Assembly: GCA_038244585.1 (NCBI GenBank) | Contig: JBBRTI010000004.1 | Location: 1-53,713, forward strand | DNA length: 53,713 nucleotides | Direction of reading: 5' to 3' | DNA from: Candidatus Saccharimonadia bacterium | GTDB lineage: Bacteria; Patescibacteriota; Saccharimonadia; UBA4664 | In this document: positions 34,971-44,968 of the stretch, piece by piece | How the letters are laid out: every line of letters begins with the position of its first letter | Numbering within the stretch: the stretch's first letter is position 1 | Position numbers and translations under genes: made by a program | Notes under the pieces: generated by a model | The model's input: the letters and a program-made list of their open reading frames with translations, nothing else | Told to the model about the DNA's origin: nothing | Databases searched by the model: none

Positions 34971-35705
34971 ATGCCGACCTATCAGACCAATGCCATCGTG
35001 ATCGGCCGTACCAACTTCGGTGAGGCCGATAGAATCATCCGAATCATCACACCCGAAAACGGCAAGCTCAGCGCCGTAGCCAAAGGTGTCCGTCGCATCA
35101 AGAGCCGCAGCGGGGGACACTTAGAACTGTTCAGCGACGTCGCCCTGACGCTGGCCAAGGGCCGCAATCTGGACGTCGTCACTTCCGCCAGGTTGAGTTG
35201 GTATCCTCACAGCCTAGCGGGCGACTACGGGCGTCTGGGGCTGGCCTTCATGACGGCGTCAATGGTTGACCGCTTAGTCGAAGAGAACCACCCACAGGCA
35301 GACATCTACGAGCTCACCAGCGAAATGCTCCGCCTGCTCGAGGCCGGTCGGACTGGTAAACTTCCCGAGTTATGGTTTAAGCTACGCTTGTTGCAACTGC
35401 TCGGCTACCGGCCCGAGTTGGGCGCCTGCCTAGCCTGCGGACGAAAAAGCGCCGAAACCGCCTACGGATTTAGCTCAGAGCGAGGTGGAATCGTCTGTGA
35501 CACCTGCCGCGAAGCCATGGCTATCCCGATGTCAAACCCCACCATCAAGCTATGGCGTATTCTGAGCGACCACCCCTTCGCCAGCATTACCGGCATCAGA
35601 GGCGGTGAGGAACTGGCCCAAGCCAGCTTGCCAGCCTGCGACAGTTTTTATCAATTTCACCTTGGCCGAGTCTTCTCGGCCGATCCCATCGGAGAACCAC
35701 TATGA
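34971..35705 (+). CDS. recO: DNA repair protein RecO
   Basis: FGEADRII, GKLSAVAKGVR, C4 zinc motif CLAC...CDTC. Confidence 0.95.
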   Translation: MPTYQTNAIVIGRTNFGEADRIIRIITPENGKLSAVAKGVRRIKSRSGGHLELFSDVALTLAKGRNLDVVTSARLSWYPHSLAGDYGRLGLAFMTASMVDRLVEENHPQADIYELTSEMLRLLEAGRTGKLPELWFKLRLLQLLGYRPELGACLACGRKSAETAYGFSSERGGIVCDTCREAMAIPMSNPTIKLWRILSDHPFASITGIRGGEELAQASLPACDSFYQFHLGRVFSADPIGEPL

Positions 35706-36001
35706 AACCTACCGAACTAAGCTGGGTCCTGAGCGATTATGAGGCGGGGGACATCGAAATCCCTGAACGCATCCGCGAATTTCCCGAGATGTGCGAGGGC
35801 GAACTGATGACCAGCGACGAAGTCGAGGAGTTTATCAAGGACTCCATAGCCACCCTGCGTATCCTGTCCGATAAGCATTCACCACGCTTCGGAACCGTCG
35901 TCGATACCTTCAAAGCCGACATGGCCGTCCTCTACGAACTTGGTCGCATCGAAGAGGATGAGTATAATGGACTAACTGACGACATTAACCTAAGGTTTTA
36001 A
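35702..36001 (+). CDS. Small acidic hypothetical protein
   Basis: ATGA-coupled to recO, ends 5 nt before glyQS. Confidence 0.7.
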   Translation: MKPTELSWVLSDYEAGDIEIPERIREFPEMCEGELMTSDEVEEFIKDSIATLRILSDKHSPRFGTVVDTFKADMAVLYELGRIEEDEYNGLTDDINLRF

Positions 36002-36006
36002 CAAGA

Positions 36007-37371
36007 ATGGCCGAACCAACCAGTCCCTCCATGGAAACCCTCGTTTCGCTGGCCAAGCGACGGGGCTTCGTGTTCCAAACGTCCGAAATTTACGGCGGCC
36101 TGGCCGGATTCTGGGACTACGGTCCTTATGGCGCGGAACTAGCCAAGAATATCCGCGACGCCTGGTGGCGCGCCTTCGTTTACGCCCGTCCCAATATCGT
36201 CGGACTGGACACGGCTATCATCCAGAACCCCAAACTATGGGCGGCCTCAGGCCATGTCGCGACCTTCGCCGACCCGCTGGTCGACTGCCGAAGCTGCCAA
36301 CACCGTTTCCGCGCTGACCACGTCGCTGGTTTTGAGACCAAGGACCTGGCCGCCTACGACGAGACCCTTAAAACCAAGAAATGTCCCAACTGCGGCAAGT
36401 CCGGCCAGTGGACGCCGGTCCGCGACTTCAATATGATGTTCAAGACCTACGTGGGCCCAGTGACGGACGAGGCCAACGTCGCCTACCTGCGCCCGGAGAC
36501 GGCCGGAGGTATCTTCGCCCAGTTCCAAAACACCCTGGAAACCTCACGCCAAAAGATACCCTTCGGAATTGCCCAGGTAGGGAAGGCCTTCCGCAACGAA
36601 ATCACTCCTGGCGACTTTATCTTCCGCGTCCGCGAATTAGAACAAATGGAACTCGAGTACTTCACTTCGCCGGAGACCGCCGATGCCGATTACGAAACTT
36701 GGAAGGCTTACTGCTGGGCTTGGCTGGGTGATATCGGGCTGAAGGAGGATAACCTCCAGTGGTACGAACATGACGCGGGTGAACGGGCGCACTACGCCGC
36801 GGCCAGCACCGATATCCAATACCGCTACCCGATGGGCTTCAAGGAACTCTACGGCATCGCCAACCGCACCGATTACGACCTCAAGGCTCAAGGTGAAGGG
36901 AGCGGCAAGGACCTCAGCTTCTTCGACGAAGCCACGAAGTCCCGCTACGTGCCATACGTCATCGAACCGTCAGTAGGAGTTGGGAGGTTGTTTTTGGCGC
37001 TGATGCACTCCGCCTACACTGAGGAGGCGGTCAAGGACGATACCCGTATCGTCCTCAAGTTCAAGCCCGAAATCGCCCCAGTCAAGGTCGCCGTGCTACC
37101 GCTCTCGAAAAACGAGAAGCTGATTCCTCTGGCCACCAAGGTGTTCGACAACCTGGCCGGCCGCTTCCGCACCGAATACGATGAGACCCAGAGCATCGGA
37201 CGCCGTTACCGCCGTCAGGACGAAATCGGCACCCCGCTGTGTATCACAATCGATTTTGAGTCCCTAGAAGACGACGCAGTTACCATCCGCCATCGCGACA
37301 CCATGGAACAGACCCGCGTCCCAGTGACCGGTCTTAGCTCAGCAATCGATAAGATGCTGGCAAGCTTTTAA
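36007..37371 (+). CDS. glyQS: Glycine--tRNA ligase (alpha2 type)
   Basis: KRRGF, YLRPETA, GKAFRNEI, VIEPSVG, IGRRYRRQDEIGTP. Confidence 0.97.
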   Translation: MAEPTSPSMETLVSLAKRRGFVFQTSEIYGGLAGFWDYGPYGAELAKNIRDAWWRAFVYARPNIVGLDTAIIQNPKLWAASGHVATFADPLVDCRSCQHRFRADHVAGFETKDLAAYDETLKTKKCPNCGKSGQWTPVRDFNMMFKTYVGPVTDEANVAYLRPETAGGIFAQFQNTLETSRQKIPFGIAQVGKAFRNEITPGDFIFRVRELEQMELEYFTSPETADADYETWKAYCWAWLGDIGLKEDNLQWYEHDAGERAHYAAASTDIQYRYPMGFKELYGIANRTDYDLKAQGEGSGKDLSFFDEATKSRYVPYVIEPSVGVGRLFLALMHSAYTEEAVKDDTRIVLKFKPEIAPVKVAVLPLSKNEKLIPLATKVFDNLAGRFRTEYDETQSIGRRYRRQDEIGTPLCITIDFESLEDDAVTIRHRDTMEQTRVPVTGLSSAIDKMLASF

Positions 37372-37374
37372 CCT

Positions 37375-38376
37375 GTGACGTCACGCACCGATCCCCACAT
37401 TGTGGTAATTGGCGGCGGCACCGGCAGTTTCACCGTTCTGTCGTCGCTCAAGGAGCACACCCGGAACATTTCGGCTATCGTTAATATGGCCGATGACGGC
37501 GGCTCCACCGGCATTCTGCGGGACGAGCAGGGCTCCTTGCCGCCCGGTGACGTCAGACAGTGTCTAGTAGCCCTGTCGCGAGCACCCGAGACGTTGCGGA
37601 CGCTGTTTAACTACCGGTATGAAGGCGGAACTCTTAGCGGCCATGCCTTCGGCAACTTACTCCTGAGCGCCCTCGAAAAAACCACCGGCAATTTCGGCAT
37701 CGCCGTACAGACCGCCAGCAAGCTACTAAATATTACGGGCCAGGTTCTGCCGGTGACCCTGGAGGATTGCAAACTCGTCCACCTCACTCCGGACGGACGG
37801 ACTATCACCGGCCAGCACGCCGTAGAGAACCACTCCATGAACCCCGACGTGCGTCCGAATCTGCGCCTTGAGCCAGCCGTGAAACTTAACCCCAAAGTCG
37901 CGCGGGCGCTGGAACGGGCCGATCTGATTGTTATCGCGCCAGGCAACCTGTACGCCTCGTTGGCACCAACATTGCTGGTACCAGGATTCGCCGCCGCTAT
38001 AATCGCATCAAAAGCTCCGCTGGTAAGTGTCATCAACCTCGTCACCAAGCCGGGTCAGACCGACGGCTTCAAAGTGGGAGACTTCGCCGACGAGATCGAG
38101 CGGTTCATCGGTGCCCACCGGCTGGATTACGTCATCTATAACACCCAACGCCCGGATAAGTCTCTGCTCAAAAAGTACGCCGCAGCGGGGGAGTACTGGG
38201 TCGAAAGCGGCGAATCGACGCTCACGAACGCCCATTTCCAGGCCATCGGCGCACCGTTGGTGTCGGGTGATATCCCCACATTCCAACCCGGAGATACTTT
38301 GATTCGTCGTACCCTCATCCGTCACGATGGAGCGCGTCTGGCACAGACCATAATGAGCCTGTTGCCAAGTCAATAA
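37375..38376 (+). CDS. YvcK/GlmR (UPF0052/CofD-related) UDP-GlcNAc-binding protein
   Basis: IGGGTG, ADDGGSTG, PPGDVR, GHAFGNL, IRHD. Confidence 0.93.
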   Translation: MTSRTDPHIVVIGGGTGSFTVLSSLKEHTRNISAIVNMADDGGSTGILRDEQGSLPPGDVRQCLVALSRAPETLRTLFNYRYEGGTLSGHAFGNLLLSALEKTTGNFGIAVQTASKLLNITGQVLPVTLEDCKLVHLTPDGRTITGQHAVENHSMNPDVRPNLRLEPAVKLNPKVARALERADLIVIAPGNLYASLAPTLLVPGFAAAIIASKAPLVSVINLVTKPGQTDGFKVGDFADEIERFIGAHRLDYVIYNTQRPDKSLLKKYAAAGEYWVESGESTLTNAHFQAIGAPLVSGDIPTFQPGDTLIRRTLIRHDGARLAQTIMSLLPSQ

Positions 38377-38512
38377 AAATGCAAAAATATTCGTATTTAC
38401 ATTTCTAGTTAAATGTTCTAAAATAGTTCCAACGTATCGCCATTGCGACACTTTTTTGTGGATGTGACAACTGTTGACTCCAAACCAGACATATTATATA
38501 ATTTAGGCAACT

Positions 38513-39553
38513 ATGAACGACATTATCCTGCCCGCCAAACCTGCCAGTTCGTACGATTACAAATCGACGGCCGCCCAAATCCTGCAAGAACTGCGTCGCG
38601 ACCGCGATCGTCAGATTATTTCGCGCCGCTTTGGTTTTGGTATTCCCAAGCGCCAGACTCTGGAAAAAATCGGCAACGACTTTGACATTACCCGCGAGCG
38701 GGTCCGCCAGATTGAAAAAGCCGCCATCGCCAAGATGCAGGCCAACCAGTCTAGCGCCGTCGAACAAGCCAATGAGCTGCTGGTCGAGATCGTCCGTGAG
38801 CAGGGCGGCGTCGCACCAATCGCCGATATAGCAGCCGTTCTTGCCGTGCCCGATAATGACCTGCCTTACATCGTCTTTTTGACGCTGCTCGTTCCCGGTC
38901 TTAACCTTATCGACGAAGACGACAGCCTACGTGTGTCAGCGGGCTTGAATCCAATCTATCAGCGCTCCCAGTGTGTCGCTCTAATCACCGAGATAGTCAA
39001 AGCTATCAAGGAATATGGCAAGCCGATCACATTGGCCAAGCTCCGCTCAAAGCTGCCGTCAGAACTTGACGGCCTGACCCTTGAGCAGCTGATGCGTATA
39101 TCAAAACAGCTGGCTTACTTCGACGGCAAGTGGGGACTTATCAGCTGGCCGGAGGTCAATCCAAAAAGCATCCGTGATAAGACCTATCTGGTGCTGAGTC
39201 GCCATGGCCGGCCACTGCATTTCTCCGATATCGCCAAGCACGTTCGCGGGCTGGGAACCACCAAGCGCGACGTTACTATTCAGGCGGTCCACAACGAACT
39301 CATCAAGGACCAGCGGTTCATATTGATAGGCCGCGGCATTTACGCTCTGGCTGAATGGGGTTATACCCCCGGAACGGTCGCAGAGATCATCTCCAGCGTC
39401 CTGCGCGAGGAAGCGCCGCTCCATAAGGACGAAATCGTCCGCCGCGTCCTCATGAAGCGCCAAGTCAAGACCACCACCATCATCCTAAACCTCCAAGAAA
39501 AAGACCAGTTCGTCCGCACCGCCAAAGCCACCTATAAACTAAAAGAGGAGTAA
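38513..39553 (+). CDS. Sigma-70 region 4 HTH + tandem winged-helix (RNAP delta / HB1-ASXL-like) protein
   Basis: RFG....TLEKIG..FDITRERVRQIE; PLHFSDI, VHNELIKD.RF..IGRGIYAL.EWG; no sigma region 2 seen. Confidence 0.85.
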   Translation: MNDIILPAKPASSYDYKSTAAQILQELRRDRDRQIISRRFGFGIPKRQTLEKIGNDFDITRERVRQIEKAAIAKMQANQSSAVEQANELLVEIVREQGGVAPIADIAAVLAVPDNDLPYIVFLTLLVPGLNLIDEDDSLRVSAGLNPIYQRSQCVALITEIVKAIKEYGKPITLAKLRSKLPSELDGLTLEQLMRISKQLAYFDGKWGLISWPEVNPKSIRDKTYLVLSRHGRPLHFSDIAKHVRGLGTTKRDVTIQAVHNELIKDQRFILIGRGIYALAEWGYTPGTVAEIISSVLREEAPLHKDEIVRRVLMKRQVKTTTIILNLQEKDQFVRTAKATYKLKEE

Positions 39554-39559
39554 TAAGGA

Positions 39560-42385
39560 ATGGATATTGGAAGCATCATGGCCCCAATTGTTGCGATCTT
39601 CCAGTTCATCGGCCTAATACTCTTTAAATTCTATGGGTGGGTGATCGTCGTTGCAGTTCTTGGCTATTTGATTTGGCAAAACCGCCGACGTGAACAGTGG
39701 GTCAATGACATAGACACTGTGCTCCTACTAATCGAGGTCCCCAAAGACAACGAAAAGAAAGAGCTGTCCGCCGAGCAGATGTTCGCCTCACTCCACGGAA
39801 TATTGCGCCCCAGGAGCGAACTGACACGTGACGGTATTATCCAAGAGCATGTCTCATTCGAAATTGTCGCCCGGGAGAACTCCATCCAGTTCTACGTCTG
39901 GACCCCCAAGCACCTCAAGGACTTTGTTGAGAGCCAAATTTACGCCCAATACCCGACGGTTCAAATCCGCGAAGGCGCCGATGATTATTCGCGCACCGAA
40001 GTCGGGGAGCGGACCGTCTACGGTACCGAGCTCGCGCTGACCAAAACCGATGTCTTGCCCATAAAGACCTTCGCCTCGTTCGAAGTCGACCCTCTGGCTG
40101 GCATAACCGGCGTTCTGGCTAAGCTTGAGCACAGCGGGGAAGAAGTCTGGATTCAGATTTTAGCCCGGCCGCTCGACGACGCCTGGCAGGACAAAGGCAA
40201 GCACCATATCGAGCAGATCAAATCCGGCAAGAAAGGCGGCAGTTTCTTGTCGCAGATCACTGACGCATTGCTCATGATGCCGGTGTTTGTTATATCCAAT
40301 TTCATCACGGCGCTATTCGCGCCTCCAGGGACCGGCGACAAGAAGGGTGATGGGGCTAAGGCAGCCGCCAAGCCGGAAGTATCCACCGGTGACCAGACGA
40401 TCATCAAGGCCATCGAGGAGAAGATTACCAAGCTCGGTTACAGCGTCAAAATCCGTATCGCTTACCTAGGACCCGACGAAGCGGCCGGCAAGCAGCGCCT
40501 CCAGGCCATCGTGGGCGGCTTCAAGCAATTTAATACCACCAACCTCAACGGCTTCGCCCCGAGCAAAATATATAACAGTCTTGATTTCATCGAAGATTAC
40601 CGCTCGCGGCTGTTTTTAGACTCCGGACAGATCCTCAACATCGAAGAACTGGCCTCGCTCTACCACCTGCCGCACATGTCGGTGGAAACGCCTAACATAG
40701 TCTGGACCACTTCAAAAACTAGCGAGCCGCCGCCCAGCCTGCCCATAGAAGGCACGACCGAAGCTGGAGAAGTAAGCCTGTTCGGCCTGACTAACTTCCG
40801 CGGCCGACACCTTAAATTCGGCATCAAGCGAGCTGACCGCGGCCGCCACATGTACGTCATCGGCCAGACCGGTGCCGGCAAGACTTTTCTCCTCCAGTTG
40901 CTCACCCTTAGCGATATCTACCACGACCAAGGGTTCGCTATCATCGACCCCCACGGCGATTACGCCACCGACATTCTAAAATATATTCCAGAGCATCGCA
41001 TCAAGGACGTTGTATACTTTGACGCCACCGACCGAGACAACCCCATGGCGTTCAATCCTATGGAAGTCACCGACCCTAATTTGAAGAACCATATCTCAAG
41101 TGAGCTCGTGGGTGTCTTGAAGCGCATGTTCGAAGCGACCTCCTGGGGGCCGCGTTTGGAATACATACTGCGCTACACCGTGCTGGCCCTGTTGGATTAC
41201 CCTGGTGCCACCATGCTGGATATTACGCGCATGCTGACCGAAAAGGATTTCCGCAAGAAGGTAATCAGAGAAATTGACGACCCTGTGGTACGCACATTCT
41301 GGAATACTGAGTTCGCCTCCTGGAATGAGAAGTTTGCTTCAGAAGCCGTCGCACCGGTATTGAACAAGGTTGGAGCCTTTGTAGCTAACCCGCTTGTTCG
41401 TAATATTATCGGCCAGAAGCAGAGCGCCTTCAATATCCGCCAGATTATGGATGAAGGTAAAATTTTCATCGTCAACCTGAGCCGTGGTCAGGTCGGTGAA
41501 GACAACGCGGCCATTCTGGGTGCCCTGATGGTCACCAAGATCCAACTAGCTGCCATGGGCCGCGCCGACATGCCACTGGAAGAACGTCGCCCGTTCTACC
41601 TGTACGTGGACGAATTCCAGAACTTCGCTACCGATAGTTTTGCCGTCATCCTCAGTGAAGCCCGTAAGTACGGCCTGAACCTAACCGTAGCCAACCAGTA
41701 TATATCCCAGATGCCGGAAACCGTCCGCGATGCCGTCTTTGGTAACGTAGGTACCATGGTCACATTCCGGGTTGGCCCGGAAGACTCGGCCGTGCTGGGC
41801 AAGTACTACGACCCGACGTTTGAACCTGCCGACATTACTCGCCTCAACAACCAGAATATCTTCATTTCCATGATCATTAACGGCGAGAAGGCCATACCAT
41901 TCTCTGCCAAGACGCTGCGCATGCCCGACCCCGAGGACAGCCACCTCGAGGAAATCGTTAAGCTCTCACGAGAGCAGTATGCTTCCAACCGAGTCGACGT
42001 CGAAGACGAAATCCGCAGCCGCCACAGCGACGGAGCCGACTTGGGCTCACGGGCCGTCTCCACCCTGGTAGACTCCCATGCCCAAAATGGCGCCGTCCCA
42101 CAGGACTCCGGAGCACCGTCTCAATCTGAACAAATACCGAACAATCCTAAGAGCGAGTTCCTGGCCGCTCTCCGAAACCCTGAACCGGGTACAAGCCCCA
42201 TACCCACATCGTCGGGGAGGGGAGACAGCAGGGGACAGGGCAGTGGACGCAACGACCGACCGGTGCCGGTAAACGCTGCTAAGCCCATCGATAGGGCACA
42301 CAACGATGAAGCGGTCCGGGCTGCCATCCAGCGCGTACAGGCTAACTTGAAACACCAACGTTCAGGGGCTGGACAGCACCACTAG
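39560..42385 (+). CDS. Membrane-anchored VirD4/TraG/HerA-superfamily ATPase
   Basis: HMYVIGQTGAGKT, IDPHGD, LYVDEFQNF, SEARKY, ANQ; disordered C-tail. Confidence 0.88.
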   Translation: MDIGSIMAPIVAIFQFIGLILFKFYGWVIVVAVLGYLIWQNRRREQWVNDIDTVLLLIEVPKDNEKKELSAEQMFASLHGILRPRSELTRDGIIQEHVSFEIVARENSIQFYVWTPKHLKDFVESQIYAQYPTVQIREGADDYSRTEVGERTVYGTELALTKTDVLPIKTFASFEVDPLAGITGVLAKLEHSGEEVWIQILARPLDDAWQDKGKHHIEQIKSGKKGGSFLSQITDALLMMPVFVISNFITALFAPPGTGDKKGDGAKAAAKPEVSTGDQTIIKAIEEKITKLGYSVKIRIAYLGPDEAAGKQRLQAIVGGFKQFNTTNLNGFAPSKIYNSLDFIEDYRSRLFLDSGQILNIEELASLYHLPHMSVETPNIVWTTSKTSEPPPSLPIEGTTEAGEVSLFGLTNFRGRHLKFGIKRADRGRHMYVIGQTGAGKTFLLQLLTLSDIYHDQGFAIIDPHGDYATDILKYIPEHRIKDVVYFDATDRDNPMAFNPMEVTDPNLKNHISSELVGVLKRMFEATSWGPRLEYILRYTVLALLDYPGATMLDITRMLTEKDFRKKVIREIDDPVVRTFWNTEFASWNEKFASEAVAPVLNKVGAFVANPLVRNIIGQKQSAFNIRQIMDEGKIFIVNLSRGQVGEDNAAILGALMVTKIQLAAMGRADMPLEERRPFYLYVDEFQNFATDSFAVILSEARKYGLNLTVANQYISQMPETVRDAVFGNVGTMVTFRVGPEDSAVLGKYYDPTFEPADITRLNNQNIFISMIINGEKAIPFSAKTLRMPDPEDSHLEEIVKLSREQYASNRVDVEDEIRSRHSDGADLGSRAVSTLVDSHAQNGAVPQDSGAPSQSEQIPNNPKSEFLAALRNPEPGTSPIPTSSGRGDSRGQGSGRNDRPVPVNAAKPIDRAHNDEAVRAAIQRVQANLKHQRSGAGQHH

Positions 42386-42424
42386 TCCTCACGCCCGCCG
42401 AGCTATAAACAGGGAAGGGGAGCT

Positions 42425-42459
42425 CCGCCGTCGCCACAATAGGTCCGGCGGTTTTTTTT
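42425..42459 (+). terminator. Intrinsic terminator
   Basis: ccgccg ... cggcgg + T8. Confidence 0.6.
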
Positions 42460-42987
42460 GTAGTACGCATTGCTTTGTTCGGTTTTTGTACAAACAAAGC
42501 GCCGGTGTTAATACAAAATAATCTCCTGATCCAAAATTGATAATCCCCTGTTCTAACAAACAAAAAAACGAGCCAAATCACTATAACCGTATATGCCACA
42601 GACGGCGGCGCAACTACTGATAGAATAATAAACCTATCGATAAAGAGATAGCAGCAATACCGCTCAAAGTACGAGGTAGATCCATATGACGGCCACTATA
42701 AGCTTTATGGCTTGGGAGAGGTATAATACAAAGGTCCAACCATACCGGAAGCGAATGATACAGCCCGTGTCGCACAATGTATATTTTGCGTCGTATACCG
42801 TACAGCCTCTCTATAGTAGCGTTTTAGAGCTTATTATATATTCATATTTGATATTTGTATTTTTGGATTTTCTTAGTCCCCGTCTACCCGTACATTGCCC
42901 CGGTTTGCCCTATGTTTATGGGCAAGTATGTTATGACTATGTGGCATACAAAAACCGAACTTAAACAAGGGAAGTCATTACAATGAT

Positions 42988-43791
42988 TTATTTGTAGTAA
43001 GCCTTGCCGACGACACGCAAATCGATATAATGGGCCGGCTGCTTCTTCTGAACAGCCAGGGCAGCCAGAATGGTTTGCAAGTCGGCTATCTCGTCGACTG
43101 ACGACCGGCTGGTATCAAAAATCAGCTGGTATCCGGCGGGCGTAGTGGCGTACAGGTCCAAAGTTGTATCCTTGATCTCAAGTTTCGTCGGACCGAGCTT
43201 CAGCCGAGCCATGGCGGTCGCGACATCCCCCGTAAAGCCCACGAACTGCGTACTGGTCACCCGCTGCCCCAGTTGGACTGGCAGATTGCTGTTGTCGAGC
43301 ACCACCGGTAAGGGCTGGCCGACCGGCAGGGCCCCGATAACCGTCCCGTCCCGGTCTAACAGATAACTCTGATTGCCTGAAGTCCAGCCGAGCGAAGGTT
43401 GTTTAAGGGTTACCTTCACCGAAATGCCGTTCGGCCAGTTCTCACTGACTTCCGCTGTTTTAATCATGGGGTCTGCAGCCAGGAGGCGGGCTGTCAGGCG
43501 GTCGGGGTTGAAGGTCAGCAGGTTGGAAGCCGTCCAATCAGCCGCCACGATTTGCTTCGTCTCTTGAGCAATCTCATCCTGGCGTGTTGTAGAAACTACT
43601 CGCACCTGCTTGATAGCAAACAATTGCTTCAGACCGAATAATACCACCACTGCCAATATACCCAGAATAAATAGGCGTTTTGGGATCAGCCCTATATTAA
43701 CCCTGCGTCGGCGGGCTCCGCGACGATTCCGTGACGGCGGCTGCCGGCCGTAAACCGGACGGGCCGTACGGACGTGCCGCTGATTATTCAT
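42988..43791 (-). CDS. ftsQ: Cell division protein FtsQ/DivIB-like
   Basis: Basic N-terminus, one TM, POTRA-like WPNGISV, C-terminal YIDLR; follows murG. Confidence 0.85.
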   Translation of the reverse strand: MNNQRHVRTARPVYGRQPPSRNRRGARRRRVNIGLIPKRLFILGILAVVVLFGLKQLFAIKQVRVVSTTRQDEIAQETKQIVAADWTASNLLTFNPDRLTARLLAADPMIKTAEVSENWPNGISVKVTLKQPSLGWTSGNQSYLLDRDGTVIGALPVGQPLPVVLDNSNLPVQLGQRVTSTQFVGFTGDVATAMARLKLGPTKLEIKDTTLDLYATTPAGYQLIFDTSRSSVDEIADLQTILAALAVQKKQPAHYIDLRVVGKAYYK

Positions 43792-44968
43792 CCCCTTCTC
43801 CCCTATCCGGCTTGGCCGGGCGAACCGGGGCAGTAGCCATAACCAATTTGGCAAGGTCCACAGCGGCCTGCGGCCGGGCAAACTCCCCTATCGCACGGGC
43901 AAGCCTGCCCTGTTCTTCGGGGTCGTCTAAAATTCGCCTCACCTCCCCCACCAGCCGTTCAGGCGTCAATTTAGCGTTATCGATAACACGAACTGCACCC
44001 ATCCGGGCGAGCATCCGGGCGTTGGCTACCTGATGCGCGGCCATCTGGTTGTTCGGTATTAGTACGGTCGGCTTGCGCAGGGCGGCCGAATCGCTAATGG
44101 TGCCGACACCAGCCCGTCCGATGATTATATCCGCGGCGGCTAGAGCCAGCGGCATCTCCTTCATGAGGAAGGCATATGGATGGTAGCGGTTGGCGTGAGG
44201 CAAACGATCCATCCTGGCCAGTTCGAATTTAATCCTAGCCAGCTCGCCCTCGCCGGTCTGATGGATTATCTGATACTGCTCTAGAAGCTCCGGTAGGGCG
44301 CCAATCAGACAGTCGTTTATCTCCGCCGCCCCTTGTGAACCGCCGGTTACGAAGATGACTGGGTGCTTATCGTCCAAGTGGAAAGCGGCCAGTCCTTCCA
44401 AACGATGGGCGCTAAGAATCTCCGTTCGTATCGGGTTACCAACGTATACCAGGCGCTTCGGATCAAACCCTGGGTAGCTCTTGGTTGGAAATCCCACGGC
44501 GATCTTGTCGGCCCAGCGGCTTAATATCCGGTTGGCTAGGCCAGGGCTGACGTCTGATTCGTGAATGACAAACGGCACGCGCAGAACACGCGCCGCTATT
44601 CCGACCGGTAGACAGACGAAACCGCCCTTGAGAAAAATAATGTCAGGCTTGAAGGAGCGAATAATACGCAGGCTAGCCATAACGCCCAGGCCAACGCGTG
44701 CCAGATCGCGGGCGTTGAGCCCTAATGTCGCGGGGTTAAATAATTTGCGAGCCAACGAAATACCGGTGCGCTGGTCGCGACGGAATTTACCGGACTTGAT
44801 GGCGGCAAAGCGGATGCCCGAAGCCGCGACGATACGAGCCTCCATACCGGTGGCTTCGCCGACGTATAACAGCTCTAAATTGCTATCTAGCGACTTTAGG
44901 GCGTCGCAGACTGCCAGAGCCGGCGATATATGTCCGGCTGTTCCCCCGCCGCTGACTATAATTCGCAT
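43784..44968 (-). CDS. murG: Lipid II GlcNAc transferase MurG
   Basis: GGGTAGH, KGGFV, HESD..PG.AN, GNP, GGSQG, HQ..NA. Confidence 0.96.
   Translation of the reverse strand: MRIIVSGGGTAGHISPALAVCDALKSLDSNLELLYVGEATGMEARIVAASGIRFAAIKSGKFRRDQRTGISLARKLFNPATLGLNARDLARVGLGVMASLRIIRSFKPDIIFLKGGFVCLPVGIAARVLRVPFVIHESDVSPGLANRILSRWADKIAVGFPTKSYPGFDPKRLVYVGNPIRTEILSAHRLEGLAAFHLDDKHPVIFVTGGSQGAAEINDCLIGALPELLEQYQIIHQTGEGELARIKFELARMDRLPHANRYHPYAFLMKEMPLALAAADIIIGRAGVGTISDSAALRKPTVLIPNNQMAAHQVANARMLARMGAVRVIDNAKLTPERLVGEVRRILDDPEEQGRLARAIGEFARPQAAVDLAKLVMATAPVRPAKPDRGEGDE

Noticed and set aside
39560-42385. Conjugative element / ICE
   Set aside because: No relaxase, VirB4/VirB set, integrase or att repeats; flanked by core genes
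44883-44968. ftsW/murG overlap as a sign of frameshift
   Set aside because: Both proteins have complete motifs; the overlap is only a low-complexity FtsW tail
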